This document shows positions 26,034 to 35,796 of a stretch of 64,000 bases of DNA, piece by piece. Each line of letters starts with the position of its first letter. Within the stretch, counting starts at the first letter, position 1. Origin of the DNA: Thermoanaerobaculia bacterium (GTDB taxonomy: Bacteria > Acidobacteriota > Thermoanaerobaculia > Multivoradales > UBA5704); contig JBGAGQ010000017.1 of NCBI GenBank assembly GCA_044226625.1, forward strand, positions 34,316 to 98,315, given 5' to 3'. The notes under the pieces were generated by a model. That model saw nothing but the letters and a program-made list of their open reading frames with translations, was not told the origin of the DNA and made no database searches. A program made the translations under genes and the position numbers.

Positions 26034-28781
26034 ATGTGGCCTTCCGCACGCTCCTCCGCCCTCTGTTTTTGCCTCGTCGCCACGGCTTTTTCACCCGCTT
26101 CTTCGCCGGCCCAAATCGCACCCTCGTCCCATTTTTCCGTGCCGATCGACGTGGTGGATGGGAAGGGGAAGAGCGTCGAGGAGATCTCCGCCTCCGACCT
26201 GGAGGTCGTCGTCGGCAACGGACTGCCGGCGTCCGCCGTAGATCTCGGCCGGATGACCCCGGACCGGCCATGGCGGATCGTCCTGTACTTCGATCGCGTG
26301 ACGAGCGGTACCCGCTCTTTGCGCGCGGCGGCGGACGTGCTCTCGGAGCAGCTGCCGGCTCTCGTGGCTTCCGGCGAGGTGGAGGTCGTCGTCGCGGAGC
26401 CCGCTCCGCGGGAGCTGGTTCCGCCGACGCGCTCGGCGGCAGCGCTCGAAGAGGCGCTTGCCCAGCTCTTCGTCACCGTGGAGGGGCGCGACGACTTGCG
26501 CGAAGGGAGGGCTCGCTTCGCGGCCCGCGCGGCGGAAGCGGGGTCCGTTCGTCGTGGTGGTGAAGCGGAGGAGGCGCTGGCCGCCGAGCAGCGGACGGCG
26601 CTTCGGCAGCAGGATCGATTCCTGACCTTTCTGGCCCAGCCGGCTTCCGAAGCGGAGAATTCCACCGCCCCTCCGGGACCGCGCGCGGTCGTGCTCGTGA
26701 GCGACGGCTATGACCTCGATCCGGCTCCCGCCTACGGGCTCTCGCAAGCAGGGATTCCGCCTCTCGATCGCGCGGCGCGGGCGACCGCCGATGCCGCCGC
26801 GGATCTGGGTTGGACCGTCTTCGCGCTACGTCTTGGCGATGAAAAACTGCCGGACACCCGGCGGTGGGGGCTCGCGCCAATGCAAGGGGGCCTCGGCGGG
26901 CGCGTGACCTTGCCGGTGCCGGGCCCACCGGTCCCCCTCGAGCGAGCGCTTCCGTCGCTCGCCGATCCGGAGGCTCCGCTGCGTCTCCTCACGGAGGCGA
27001 GCGGCGGCGCGATGGCCGCGTCGCGCGGCGCCGTGTCGTCCCTCATCGCCTCGTTGAGCCGCCGCTGGCTCCTCACCTGGGACGGCCCGGAGATCGCGCC
27101 AGGAACGGGAGTGCCGCTCGAAATCCGAGTGAAGAAGGCGGGGCGGTTCGCGCTCGCCCCGCGACGCCTCGGTACGGGAGTCCCGGCCGAGGTGGCGGCG
27201 GCGCGGGGACGGTCGCTGCTTGCGGGCGACGACCTGGACCTCGATTTCGATCTCAAAGCTGAACGTGTGTCGGAGGCGGAGTCGTCGCCCGCCGCTCCGG
27301 CGCCGACACCCAATGCGGAGCCGTCTGCACGGATCGAGGCGCGCATGGAGAAGCTGGCGGACGATCCGGCGCTTCGCTTCACCCGCCTCGCCGATCTCTT
27401 ATCGCCGCCGCAGGCGCTCGAGCCGCCGTCTTCATCGTCGGGAGATCCCGCTGCCGTGTCCTCGGAGGTACGGGTCGCGCGCTGGCCCCTCGCCCCCAGC
27501 GATCCCGGCCGTGGAGTCCTGATCGTCGACGATCCACGGACGGGGAGATTGGGCGCGGCGCTGATCGAGAGGCCGGAAGCCGAGGAGCCTGCCGTTCTGG
27601 CCGAGGCCGAGGCCTCTTCGTCCCGCGCGACGGCTCCGGTCCGCCGGCCGAAGAACGGCCTCACCGTGCGCATTCTTCGTCCGTTGCCCGGAAGGGCCGC
27701 GGGACCGGTCGAGGTCGAGGCCGACGTGCGCTGGGCGTCCGAAGCGCGGCTCGAACGGGTGGAGTTCTTCTGGGATGACGAGCTTCAGGCGACCGCGTAC
27801 GAGGCGCCGTTCCGTCGATCCGTGCCGGTGCCGCGCGACGGCACGGTGGGATTTTTGCGCGTCGCGGCCCGTTTGGCCGACGGAACGATCGCCGACGACG
27901 CCGTCCTGATGAACGCCGGCGCGGCGGGGGAGCGGGTCGACGTCCGGCTGGTCGAAGTACCGGTAATCGTCACCGATCGCGACGGCCGGCCCGTTCGGGG
28001 CCTCGCGCGCGAGGATTTTCGGCTCAAGAGAAACGGCACGCCGCAGGAGATCGCGGGATTCGCCGACGCGGGGGACCTGCCTCTCACCCTTGCGCTCGCG
28101 GTCGATTCCTCGGCGAGCATGTTTCTCAAGCTTCCGCGCGTCGAGCGCGCGGCGCGTTCGCTTCTCCTCTCGGCGCTCGCGCCTCGCGATCGGGCTCTGC
28201 TGATCGATTTCGACTCCTCGCCGCGGCTGGTCTCGCATCCCACGCGAGACCTGGCTTCCGTCGCGGAAGCGCTCTCGTCGCTCTCGGCCGACGGCGGCAC
28301 GGCGCTTTGGAGCGCCGTGAGCTTCGGGCTTTCGGAGCTTTCGGGAGTGGCCGGAAGGAAAGCTTTGGTGGTCTATTCCGATGGTGTGGGCGAGGAGGAC
28401 CCGACCTCCTACGGCGAGTGCCTTCGCGCCGCGCGGTCGGCCCGCGTGCCGGTCTATCTGGTCCTTTCCGCCTCGCTTTCGGCGCGGAAGGCGGGATCGC
28501 TTCTGCGCGAGCCGCTCGGCGAGAAGCTCGAGCGGCTGGCCCGGGCGACGGGGGGCGACGCGATCTTCCTCGACGCAAGCTTGGGAGCGGATCCCGGGCC
28601 GACCGACGACCTCTCGTCGGTCTACCGGCGCATCCTCGCGGAGCTTCGAAGCCAATACGTCCTCACGTTCTATCCGCCGGAAGGGAGCAGCGACAGCTGG
28701 CAAGACTTGGCGGTCGAGGTGAAAAAGCCGGGCCTTTCGGCTCGCGCGCTCGAGGGGTACGTGCCCCGACACTCACGCTGA
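26034..28781 (+). CDS. Acidobacterial VWA-related domain protein (degenerate N-terminal VWA, Ig-like, C-terminal VWA)
   Basis: Signal peptide, VLVSDG, VTDRDGRPVRGL..EDF, MIDAS DSSASM, GGTALW, RKALVVYSDG, ATGG, ELRSQYVL. Confidence 0.8.
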   Translation: MWPSARSSALCFCLVATAFSPASSPAQIAPSSHFSVPIDVVDGKGKSVEEISASDLEVVVGNGLPASAVDLGRMTPDRPWRIVLYFDRVTSGTRSLRAAADVLSEQLPALVASGEVEVVVAEPAPRELVPPTRSAAALEEALAQLFVTVEGRDDLREGRARFAARAAEAGSVRRGGEAEEALAAEQRTALRQQDRFLTFLAQPASEAENSTAPPGPRAVVLVSDGYDLDPAPAYGLSQAGIPPLDRAARATADAAADLGWTVFALRLGDEKLPDTRRWGLAPMQGGLGGRVTLPVPGPPVPLERALPSLADPEAPLRLLTEASGGAMAASRGAVSSLIASLSRRWLLTWDGPEIAPGTGVPLEIRVKKAGRFALAPRRLGTGVPAEVAAARGRSLLAGDDLDLDFDLKAERVSEAESSPAAPAPTPNAEPSARIEARMEKLADDPALRFTRLADLLSPPQALEPPSSSSGDPAAVSSEVRVARWPLAPSDPGRGVLIVDDPRTGRLGAALIERPEAEEPAVLAEAEASSSRATAPVRRPKNGLTVRILRPLPGRAAGPVEVEADVRWASEARLERVEFFWDDELQATAYEAPFRRSVPVPRDGTVGFLRVAARLADGTIADDAVLMNAGAAGERVDVRLVEVPVIVTDRDGRPVRGLAREDFRLKRNGTPQEIAGFADAGDLPLTLALAVDSSASMFLKLPRVERAARSLLLSALAPRDRALLIDFDSSPRLVSHPTRDLASVAEALSSLSADGGTALWSAVSFGLSELSGVAGRKALVVYSDGVGEEDPTSYGECLRAARSARVPVYLVLSASLSARKAGSLLREPLGEKLERLARATGGDAIFLDASLGADPGPTDDLSSVYRRILAELRSQYVLTFYPPEGSSDSWQDLAVEVKKPGLSARALEGYVPRHSR

Positions 28782-28856
28782 AGCCGAACGCCGCCGCGTG
28801 AAACAGGTCCCCGAGGACCGGCGTAGTGGAGAGCGACGCCCTTGGGGGAAACTCTC

Positions 28857-31310
28857 ATGCGCTCGCTTCTCGACGACCTCAAATACGCACTTCGCTTGCT
28901 TCGGAAAAGCCCCGGTTTCGCTTCGGCCTCGATCCTCACGCTAGCGCTCGCCATCGGCGCCAACACGGCGATTTTTTCGGTGGCCTACGGCATTTTGCTC
29001 GCGCCGCCGCCGTTTCCCGATCCTGAACGCCTCGCCGAGGTGCTCCGCAAATTCTCGCAAGGGACGGTGCCGTCGGTTTCCTCGACCCGTTTCTTCTATT
29101 GGCGCGAAAACAGCAAGGCGTTCTCCGACCTCGCCGTTTACGACGACATCGGCTCGGGCTTCAACTTGACCGGCGACGGCAAGCCGGAGCGGATCGTCGG
29201 CTCTCGTGTCTCGCGCGATTTCTTCCGCGTCTTGAGGGTCAATCCCACCCTCGGCCGCTCCTTCGCCGCGGAGGAAGACGCTCCTGGTGGGCCGCGGGCC
29301 GTGGTCCTCTCCGACGCCCTGTGGCACCGCCGTTTCGGAGGCGATCCCAAGGCGGTCGGGCGGGTGATTCAGTTGAACGGCGATCCATACTCGGTCGTGG
29401 GGGTGATGCCCGCCTCGTTCCGCTACCCTCCGACCGCCGAGCTTTGGACGGCTCTTCAGGCGAACCCCGCGACGACCGAGGTGGCCAACTATCTGCGTTT
29501 GATGGGCCGGCTCGCCCCAGGAAAGAGCTTGGAGGAAGCGCAGGCGGAAGCGCCGCTTCTCGCCAAGTCGCTCGGCAAGCGCTATCCCAACCTCCCCTTC
29601 TCGCCCGACGAGAGCGCGACGGTGCAGAGCCTGCAAGACCGATTGGGGCGCGGGGTGCGACCTGCGCTCGTAATCCTGCTCGGTGCGGTCGGCTGTGTTC
29701 TGCTCATTGCCTGCGTCAACATCGCGAACCTTCAGCTCGCCCGCGGCGCCGCCAGGCAGCGCGAGCTCGCGATCCGCTCAGCGCTCGGCGCGGGATCGCG
29801 GCGAATCTCTCGGCAACTGCTCACCGAAAGCCTGCTCCTCGCTCTGGTCGGCGGAGCGATCGGCGTCGGCCTCGGGGCACTGGCGATTCGGCCGCTGCTC
29901 GCGCTGTCGCCCGTACCGCTCAACCCTCTCCGGCCGATCGAGGTCAACGGCGGCGTGCTCGCCTTCGCTCTCGGCTTGTCACTCCTTTCAGGGCTCCTCT
30001 TCGGCCTCGCCCCAGCCCTTCAGGTGCTGCGCTCCGAGGTGGCCGATCCGCTGCGCGAGGGGGCGGGCCGCATCACCCTGGGCAAGAAAGGGCTTCTCGC
30101 TCGCAGGTTGCTCGTCGTGGGCGAGGTGGCGCTCGCGCTCGTCCTTCTGGTCGGCGCGAGCTTGCTCGCCAAGAGCTTCGTCGGCATGGTGAGGACGAAT
30201 CCAGGGATCGAGGTCGACGGCGTCCTCACGCAAAAGATCTCCCTGCCGGAGAAGCGCTACGGCGATCCTGCCGCTCTCGATCGCTTCGCCCGGGAGACTT
30301 CGGAAAGGGTGGCGGCCCTGCCTGGAGTGGAGAGCGCCGCTTTCGCGAGCACGCTGCCTCTCGAAGACGGTCCCGACATGTTCTTCATGGTCGAGGGGCG
30401 CGATCCCAACGCGGCCGACGCCGGTTTCGATCCTCAGATCCGGATCGTGAGCGAGGGCTATTTCGCGGCGATGGGGATTCCGATCGTTCGCGGGCGCGGC
30501 TTCGATTCGAGCGATCGGGCCGACTCGGCGCCGGTCGTGGTCTTGAATCAGGCGGCGGCGAAGCTGATCTGGCCCAAAGGGGATCCTCTCGCCGGCCGCT
30601 TGATCATGGGATCGCCAAAGGTTCCGGAGCTGTCGGACATGCGGCCTCGGCCGGTCGTCGGCATCGTCGGCGACGTTCGCGAATCGGGTCTCCAGCAACC
30701 GCCTCCTCCGGTCGTCTACCTCGCCGCCGGCCAGGTGCCTGAAGGGCTTCTCACTCTGCTGGTCCGCTTGATCCCCGCCTCTTTCGTGGTACGTGGACAG
30801 GGCTCGCCAGAGGCGCTCGCGGCTCCGGTCGCCAAGGCGATCTGGTCGGTCGACCCTGACCTGCCCGTAACCAACGTGCTCACCATGCGCGAGGTGCTCC
30901 GGCGCTCAGTCGGTAGCGACTCGTGGAACGCGGCGTTGCTCGGGATCCTCGCCCTCGCGGCGCTCGCCCTCGCGGCGATCGGCATCTACGGAGTGCTCTC
31001 GTTCCTCGTCGAGCAGCGCACGCGAGAGATCGGCGTTCGCATGGCGCTCGGCGCGAGCGCCCGCGAGGTCACCCGCCTGGTCCTCCAGCAAGGGGGCGTG
31101 CCGGTCGGAATCGGGCTGCTGCTCGGTCTCGGCGGGGCATTCGCGTTGACCCGATATCTCGAGAGCTTGGTCTACGGAATGAGCGTCCGCGATCCGCTCG
31201 CCTTCGTCCTGGGCGCCGGCTCGCTCGGGGCGGTCGCGCTGTTCGCGAGCTTCGTTCCGGCGCGTCGAGCGAGCCGGCTCGACCCGCTGGTGGCGTTGCG
31301 GCGGGACTAG
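28857..31310 (+). CDS. ADOP family duplicated ABC permease (MacB/FtsX-like)
   Basis: DLKYALRLLRKSPGF, TLALAIGANTAIFS, LLIACVNIANL, RELAIRSALGA, RTREIGVRMALGA, PARRASRLDPLVALR. Confidence 0.92.
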   Translation: MRSLLDDLKYALRLLRKSPGFASASILTLALAIGANTAIFSVAYGILLAPPPFPDPERLAEVLRKFSQGTVPSVSSTRFFYWRENSKAFSDLAVYDDIGSGFNLTGDGKPERIVGSRVSRDFFRVLRVNPTLGRSFAAEEDAPGGPRAVVLSDALWHRRFGGDPKAVGRVIQLNGDPYSVVGVMPASFRYPPTAELWTALQANPATTEVANYLRLMGRLAPGKSLEEAQAEAPLLAKSLGKRYPNLPFSPDESATVQSLQDRLGRGVRPALVILLGAVGCVLLIACVNIANLQLARGAARQRELAIRSALGAGSRRISRQLLTESLLLALVGGAIGVGLGALAIRPLLALSPVPLNPLRPIEVNGGVLAFALGLSLLSGLLFGLAPALQVLRSEVADPLREGAGRITLGKKGLLARRLLVVGEVALALVLLVGASLLAKSFVGMVRTNPGIEVDGVLTQKISLPEKRYGDPAALDRFARETSERVAALPGVESAAFASTLPLEDGPDMFFMVEGRDPNAADAGFDPQIRIVSEGYFAAMGIPIVRGRGFDSSDRADSAPVVVLNQAAAKLIWPKGDPLAGRLIMGSPKVPELSDMRPRPVVGIVGDVRESGLQQPPPPVVYLAAGQVPEGLLTLLVRLIPASFVVRGQGSPEALAAPVAKAIWSVDPDLPVTNVLTMREVLRRSVGSDSWNAALLGILALAALALAAIGIYGVLSFLVEQRTREIGVRMALGASAREVTRLVLQQGGVPVGIGLLLGLGGAFALTRYLESLVYGMSVRDPLAFVLGAGSLGAVALFASFVPARRASRLDPLVALRRD

Positions 31311-31496
31311 AGGCCGCAGCCACACCCCAGAGCGTCGCGGGCGATCCGGTTCATTGGATCGCCTTCGGGCCTTGGGGATTCACCTCGTTTCCCCCGTCCC
31401 GCCTTGCGGCGGCATCCGTCGATTTGCCACAATGCGGCGACGGGCGCGAGACGCTCCTCCCGCGGTCCTCCATCCTCCGGAACAACGAGGGAATCC

Positions 31497-32594
31497 ATGT
31501 CTGAAAAGATCCAGTTCTTCCTTCCCGGCCCGACCTATGTCCTCGAAGAGGTTCGGCAGGCGATGACGAAGCCGATGGTCGGCCACCGTTCGGCGGGCTT
31601 CAAGACCTTCTATCTGGGCCTCTCGGCGAAGCTGCCGAAGCTCCTCCGCACCTCGGGCGACGTGATGGTCGCCTCCGGCAGCTCGACGCTCGTGATGGAG
31701 AGCGCGGTCGTCTCTTGCGTTCCGCAATCCGTACTGAACCTCACCTGCGGCGCGTTTTCCGAGCGCTGGCACAAGATCAGTAAATCGGTGGGCAAGGACG
31801 CCGACAAGCTCGCGTTCCCCTGGGGCCAGCCGATCGATCCGGATCTGGTGCGGAAGGCCCTCGAGCGGAAGAAATACGACGCGGTCACGATGGTCCACAA
31901 CGAGACCTCGACCGGCGTGATGAGCCCGATCGCCGACGTCGCCCGCGTGATCCGCGAATCGAGCGACGCGCTGGTGATCGTCGACGCGGTCTCTTCGCTC
32001 GGCGGCGCGCCAGTCGAGACGGAGGCCTGGGGGATCGACATCACGCTCGCGGGCACCCAGAAGGCGATCGCCGTGCCGCCCGGGCTCACCGTCTTCACCC
32101 TGTCCGATCGCGCCGCGGAGCAAGCCGCCAAGGTCCCCTTCCGGGGCTTCTACACCGACCTGCTCAATTACCGGGACAAGCATCGCGAGGGCGGGTTCAT
32201 CACCACGCCGGCGATTCCGCTCCTCTACGCGCTCGACCGGCAGATGGACGTCATCCTCGCCGAGGGAATGGAGGCGCGGTGGGAGCGCCATGCCGCGCTA
32301 CAGAAGCAGACGGCGGATTGGGCCGCCGCCCGCAGCATCTCGTTCGCTTCGGCCGAAGGCGCCCGGTCGCTCACCGTGAGCTGCTTCACCGCTCCCGAAG
32401 GACTCGACCCGCAGGCGCTCACCAAGGCGCTCACGGCGCGTGGCACGACGATCGGCGGTGGTTATGGCGATTGGAAACCGACGACTTTCCGCATCGGCCA
32501 TATGGGCGAGGTGCGCGAGAGCGACCTCACGGCGTTGCTCGCCCAGATCGACGAAGAGATGGCTCGCCTGACGGCTCCGGCCGCGATCGCCTGA
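31497..32594 (+). CDS. Class V PLP aminotransferase (alanine-glyoxylate/serine-pyruvate family; probable phosphoserine aminotransferase role)
   Basis: PGPT, GHRS, VHNETSTG, VDAVSSLG, PLP lysine in GTQKA, FRIGHMG; adjacent to a serA-like domain. Confidence 0.88.
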   Translation: MSEKIQFFLPGPTYVLEEVRQAMTKPMVGHRSAGFKTFYLGLSAKLPKLLRTSGDVMVASGSSTLVMESAVVSCVPQSVLNLTCGAFSERWHKISKSVGKDADKLAFPWGQPIDPDLVRKALERKKYDAVTMVHNETSTGVMSPIADVARVIRESSDALVIVDAVSSLGGAPVETEAWGIDITLAGTQKAIAVPPGLTVFTLSDRAAEQAAKVPFRGFYTDLLNYRDKHREGGFITTPAIPLLYALDRQMDVILAEGMEARWERHAALQKQTADWAAARSISFASAEGARSLTVSCFTAPEGLDPQALTKALTARGTTIGGGYGDWKPTTFRIGHMGEVRESDLTALLAQIDEEMARLTAPAAIA

Positions 32595-32600
32595 ACTTCG

Positions 32601-34721
32601 ATGCCCGATTCGATCCCGTCCACGAACCTGCCCACGACCTCGCAGCCGATGCCGAAGATCCTGATCGCCGACCCCCTCGACCCCTACGGGCTCGAGCTCT
32701 TGACCAAGGCCGGCGCGGAGATCCGCGTCGTGGCGCGCGACGAGCGCGGCCGGCTCGCCGAGCTGATCGCCGACGTCGACGCCCTCGTCGTCCGGAGCGC
32801 CACGCAGGTGACCGCCGAGCTGATGCAGGCGGGAAAGAACCTCAAGGCGGTCGGGCGTGCGGGCGTCGGGGTCGACAACGTGGACGTCGGAGCCGCCGCC
32901 GAGCTCGGCATCCCGGTGGTGAACGCTCCGACCGCGAACCTCACCTCGGCGACCGAGCACACCCTGGCTCTGTTGCTCGCGCTGGCCCGCCAGGTGCCGG
33001 CCGCCGACGCGTCGATGAAGCGCGGGGAATGGGACCGGACGAGCTTCCTAGGAACCGAGCTCGACGGCAAGACGCTCGGGGTGGTCGGCTTCGGTCGTAT
33101 CGGCCAGCGCGTCGCCGAGCGGGCCAAGTCGTTCGGCATGTCGATCGTCGCCGCCGATCCCTACGGGGATGCCGAAGTCGCCCGCCGCCTCGGCGTCGAG
33201 CTCGTTTCGATCGACGAGCTGATCGCTCGGGCGGACGCGATCACGCTCCACACCCCGCTCATCGAGGCGACCCGCAACGTCATTTCGCGCGAGCGGATCG
33301 CCGCGATGAAGCCGGGGACGTTGCTGGTCAACTGCGCGCGGGGCGGGTTGATCGACGACCAGGCGCTGCTCGAAGCGCTCGATGCCGGAACGATCGGCGG
33401 CGCGGCGTTCGACGTGTACGAAAAGGAGCCGCCGGTCGACCGTCGGCTCGCGGAGCACCCGCGGGTAGTCGCGACACCGCACATCGGCGCTCAAACGCGG
33501 GAGGCCCAGCGGCGCATCTCGGAGGAGATGGCCCATCGGCTCCTGCCGCTCCTCGGCCTCAAGGTGCCCGCCTCGGCTTCTATGGCGGCGACGGCTCCTA
33601 TGGCGGCCGGGCCGACGCCGAACACGGCCACCGGGAAGCTCCGGGTAGGCGTCATCTTCGGCGGCCGGAGCGTGGAACATCAGGTTTCGCTCCGCTCGGC
33701 CCGCACCGTGGTCCAGGGTCTCGAAGAGGCTGGGTATACCCCCGTGCCTTTGGCGATCGCGGAAGACGGTTGCTGGCTCTCGCCGGAGCGGTCGGCGGCG
33801 ATCCTGCTCGACGGGGCGTTGGCCGTGCCGCCCGAGGGCAAGTCCGTCGCCTCGACCCTGGGCGCGCTGACCGGGGCCTCGGTCGATGCGCTCTTTCCGA
33901 TCGTCCATGGCACCTGGGGTGAGGACGGCACGTTGCAAGGGCTTTGCGAGATGCTCGACCTCCCCTATGTGGGGCCGGGCGTCGCGACGAGCGCCCTCGC
34001 GATGGACAAGCGGCTCGCCAAGCGCCAGTTGCGCGCGGCCGGCGTGCCGGTGGTCGACGACGAGACGACCGACCGCGCGGGGTTCGAGCGCGACCGGGAG
34101 GAGATCGTCCGCCGGGCCTCCCGATTCCCTTACCCGCTGTTCGTCAAGCCGAGCGTCGGCGGCTCGAGTGTCGGCGTCGCCAAGGTCGAGCGTCCGGAAG
34201 ACCTCGCGGCCGCCGTCGAGCTCGCGCTTCGATTCGACGAGGCGGTGCTCGTCGAGCGCGGTGTCCGGGGGCGCGAGCTTGAATGTGCCGTGCTCGGCGG
34301 CGCCGGCCGCATTGAGGCCTCCGGAGTCGGTGAGATCGTCCCGGGGAATGCCTTCTACGACTACGCGGACAAATACCTGCAGGACACCGCCCGGCTGATC
34401 GCCCCGGCCGAGATCTCTCGGGAGGTCGAAGAGAGGCTACGCTCGATCGCGGTCGCCGCCTTCGACGCCCTTGGCGGCTCGGGGATGGCCCGGGTCGATT
34501 TCTTCCTCGAGGGCGAAGATCTCTACGTCAACGAGATCAACACCCTGCCCGGTTTCACCAGCATCTCGATGTACCCGCGCCTCTGGGGGCTCTCGGGTCT
34601 CCCGCTGCCGAAGCTCGTGGGCCGGTTGGTGGAGATCGCGATCGAGCGCCATGCCGAGCGTCGCCGGCTCGACGCCGGGATCAAGCAGTTCCTGGGAGAG
34701 CTCGCCGCAGCCTCCTCCTAG
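32601..34721 (+). CDS. Fusion of SerA-like D-2-hydroxyacid (phosphoglycerate) dehydrogenase and D-alanine--D-alanine ligase
   Basis: N-half: VRSAT, RAGVGVDNVD, GVVGFGRIG, VNCARGG, TPHIGAQT. C-half: IFGGRSVEHQVS, HGTWGEDG, FVKP..GGSSVG, FYDYADKY, ARVDFF, NEINTLPGFT. One ORF with no internal stop; the start may be 32649. Confidence 0.88.
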   Translation: MPDSIPSTNLPTTSQPMPKILIADPLDPYGLELLTKAGAEIRVVARDERGRLAELIADVDALVVRSATQVTAELMQAGKNLKAVGRAGVGVDNVDVGAAAELGIPVVNAPTANLTSATEHTLALLLALARQVPAADASMKRGEWDRTSFLGTELDGKTLGVVGFGRIGQRVAERAKSFGMSIVAADPYGDAEVARRLGVELVSIDELIARADAITLHTPLIEATRNVISRERIAAMKPGTLLVNCARGGLIDDQALLEALDAGTIGGAAFDVYEKEPPVDRRLAEHPRVVATPHIGAQTREAQRRISEEMAHRLLPLLGLKVPASASMAATAPMAAGPTPNTATGKLRVGVIFGGRSVEHQVSLRSARTVVQGLEEAGYTPVPLAIAEDGCWLSPERSAAILLDGALAVPPEGKSVASTLGALTGASVDALFPIVHGTWGEDGTLQGLCEMLDLPYVGPGVATSALAMDKRLAKRQLRAAGVPVVDDETTDRAGFERDREEIVRRASRFPYPLFVKPSVGGSSVGVAKVERPEDLAAAVELALRFDEAVLVERGVRGRELECAVLGGAGRIEASGVGEIVPGNAFYDYADKYLQDTARLIAPAEISREVEERLRSIAVAAFDALGGSGMARVDFFLEGEDLYVNEINTLPGFTSISMYPRLWGLSGLPLPKLVGRLVEIAIERHAERRRLDAGIKQFLGELAAASS

Positions 34722-34819
34722 CCACCTCTTGGCCTTGCCGGCGGAGCCGCTTTGAGCGCTCACGCCGGCCGGGCAAACTTTCCGGTCGACGGTAGGCCGA
34801 AGATTGGTAATCTCCGAAC

Positions 34820-35704
34820 GTGCACTTCACCGACCTCGTTCTTGCTCGGGCGCGGGAAAGATCGCCGCTCGTCCTCGGAATCGATCCCGATTTCATCCTG
34901 ATGCCTCCGGCCCTCCGGCCGGGGGAAGGAGCCACGGCGGGCGAGATATCGCGCCGCTTGGTGGCTTTCACCGAGTTGGTCCTCGAGGCGGCCGCGCCTT
35001 ATTGCTGCGCGGCCAAGCCGCAGAGCGCCTTCTTCGAGCAGCATGGGAGCGCGGGCGTCGCGGCGCTCGCCGAATGTATGGCGAAGATCCGCGCCGCCGG
35101 CTTGCCGATCTTGCTCGACGTGAAGCGCGGCGACATCGGGTCGACGGCGGCGGCCTACGCCCGCGGTTACCTCGGCGACACCGATCTCGCGGCGGATGCC
35201 ATCACGGTCAATCCCTTCCTCGGAAGCGACTCCCTCGCGCCCTTCGTCGGTGCCGCGACGGCTTCGGGCAAGGGCGTCTTCGTCCTGGTCAAGACCTCGA
35301 ATCCCGGCTCGCGAGATCTGATGGATCTCGAGGTCACCGGCGGCACGGTCTCGGCCCGACTCGCCCGACAGGTCGAGCAGGCGACGAGCCTCGGGGTCGG
35401 CTCGAGCGGATACGGACTCATCGGAGCGGTCGTCGGCTCGACCTACCCCGGGCAGGCCGCGGCGTTACGCGGGCTAATGCCGCACGCTCCGGTTCTCGTG
35501 CCCGGCCTGGGAGCCCAAGGAGGCTCACTCGACGCGGTTCGCGCCGTGGCCGGTGCCGACGGAGGAGGGGTGCTCGTCCCCGTATCGCGGCGTCTCACCT
35601 ATCCGACGTCGGAGGAGATCACCGCGGCTGGTGGCTACGCCGCGGCCGTGCGCGCGAATGCCCAGCGTTTCGCCGAGGAGCTTCGGGGCGCTCTCGACGG
35701 GTAG
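34820..35704 (+). CDS. pyrF: Orotidine-5'-phosphate decarboxylase (subfamily 2)
   Basis: LGIDP, KPQSAFFE, DVKRGDIGST, TVNPFLG, KTSNPGS, LVPGLGAQGG. Confidence 0.93.
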   Translation: MHFTDLVLARARERSPLVLGIDPDFILMPPALRPGEGATAGEISRRLVAFTELVLEAAAPYCCAAKPQSAFFEQHGSAGVAALAECMAKIRAAGLPILLDVKRGDIGSTAAAYARGYLGDTDLAADAITVNPFLGSDSLAPFVGAATASGKGVFVLVKTSNPGSRDLMDLEVTGGTVSARLARQVEQATSLGVGSSGYGLIGAVVGSTYPGQAAALRGLMPHAPVLVPGLGAQGGSLDAVRAVAGADGGGVLVPVSRRLTYPTSEEITAAGGYAAAVRANAQRFAEELRGALDG

Positions 35705-35796
35705 GCGAGGCGGCGGACGGCGTGTCCCCCTTTCGGCTCCCGTTCGCACAGGAGCGATAGCCACTCGCCAAGCAGCCCGCCCTCGAACCTCCTCTC

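Noticed and set aside
32601-34721. Bona fide vanHA glycopeptide-resistance locus
   Set aside because: The ligase omega loop is D-Ala-D-Ala type (KY), the dehydrogenase is SerA-like, and no vanX/vanY/vanRS is adjacent; kept only as a hypothesis under findings.
34760-34819. c-di-GMP-I riboswitch suggested by gggcaaac upstream of pyrF
   Set aside because: The rest of the GEMM consensus (GNRA loop, GCAAAGC, second stem) is absent.
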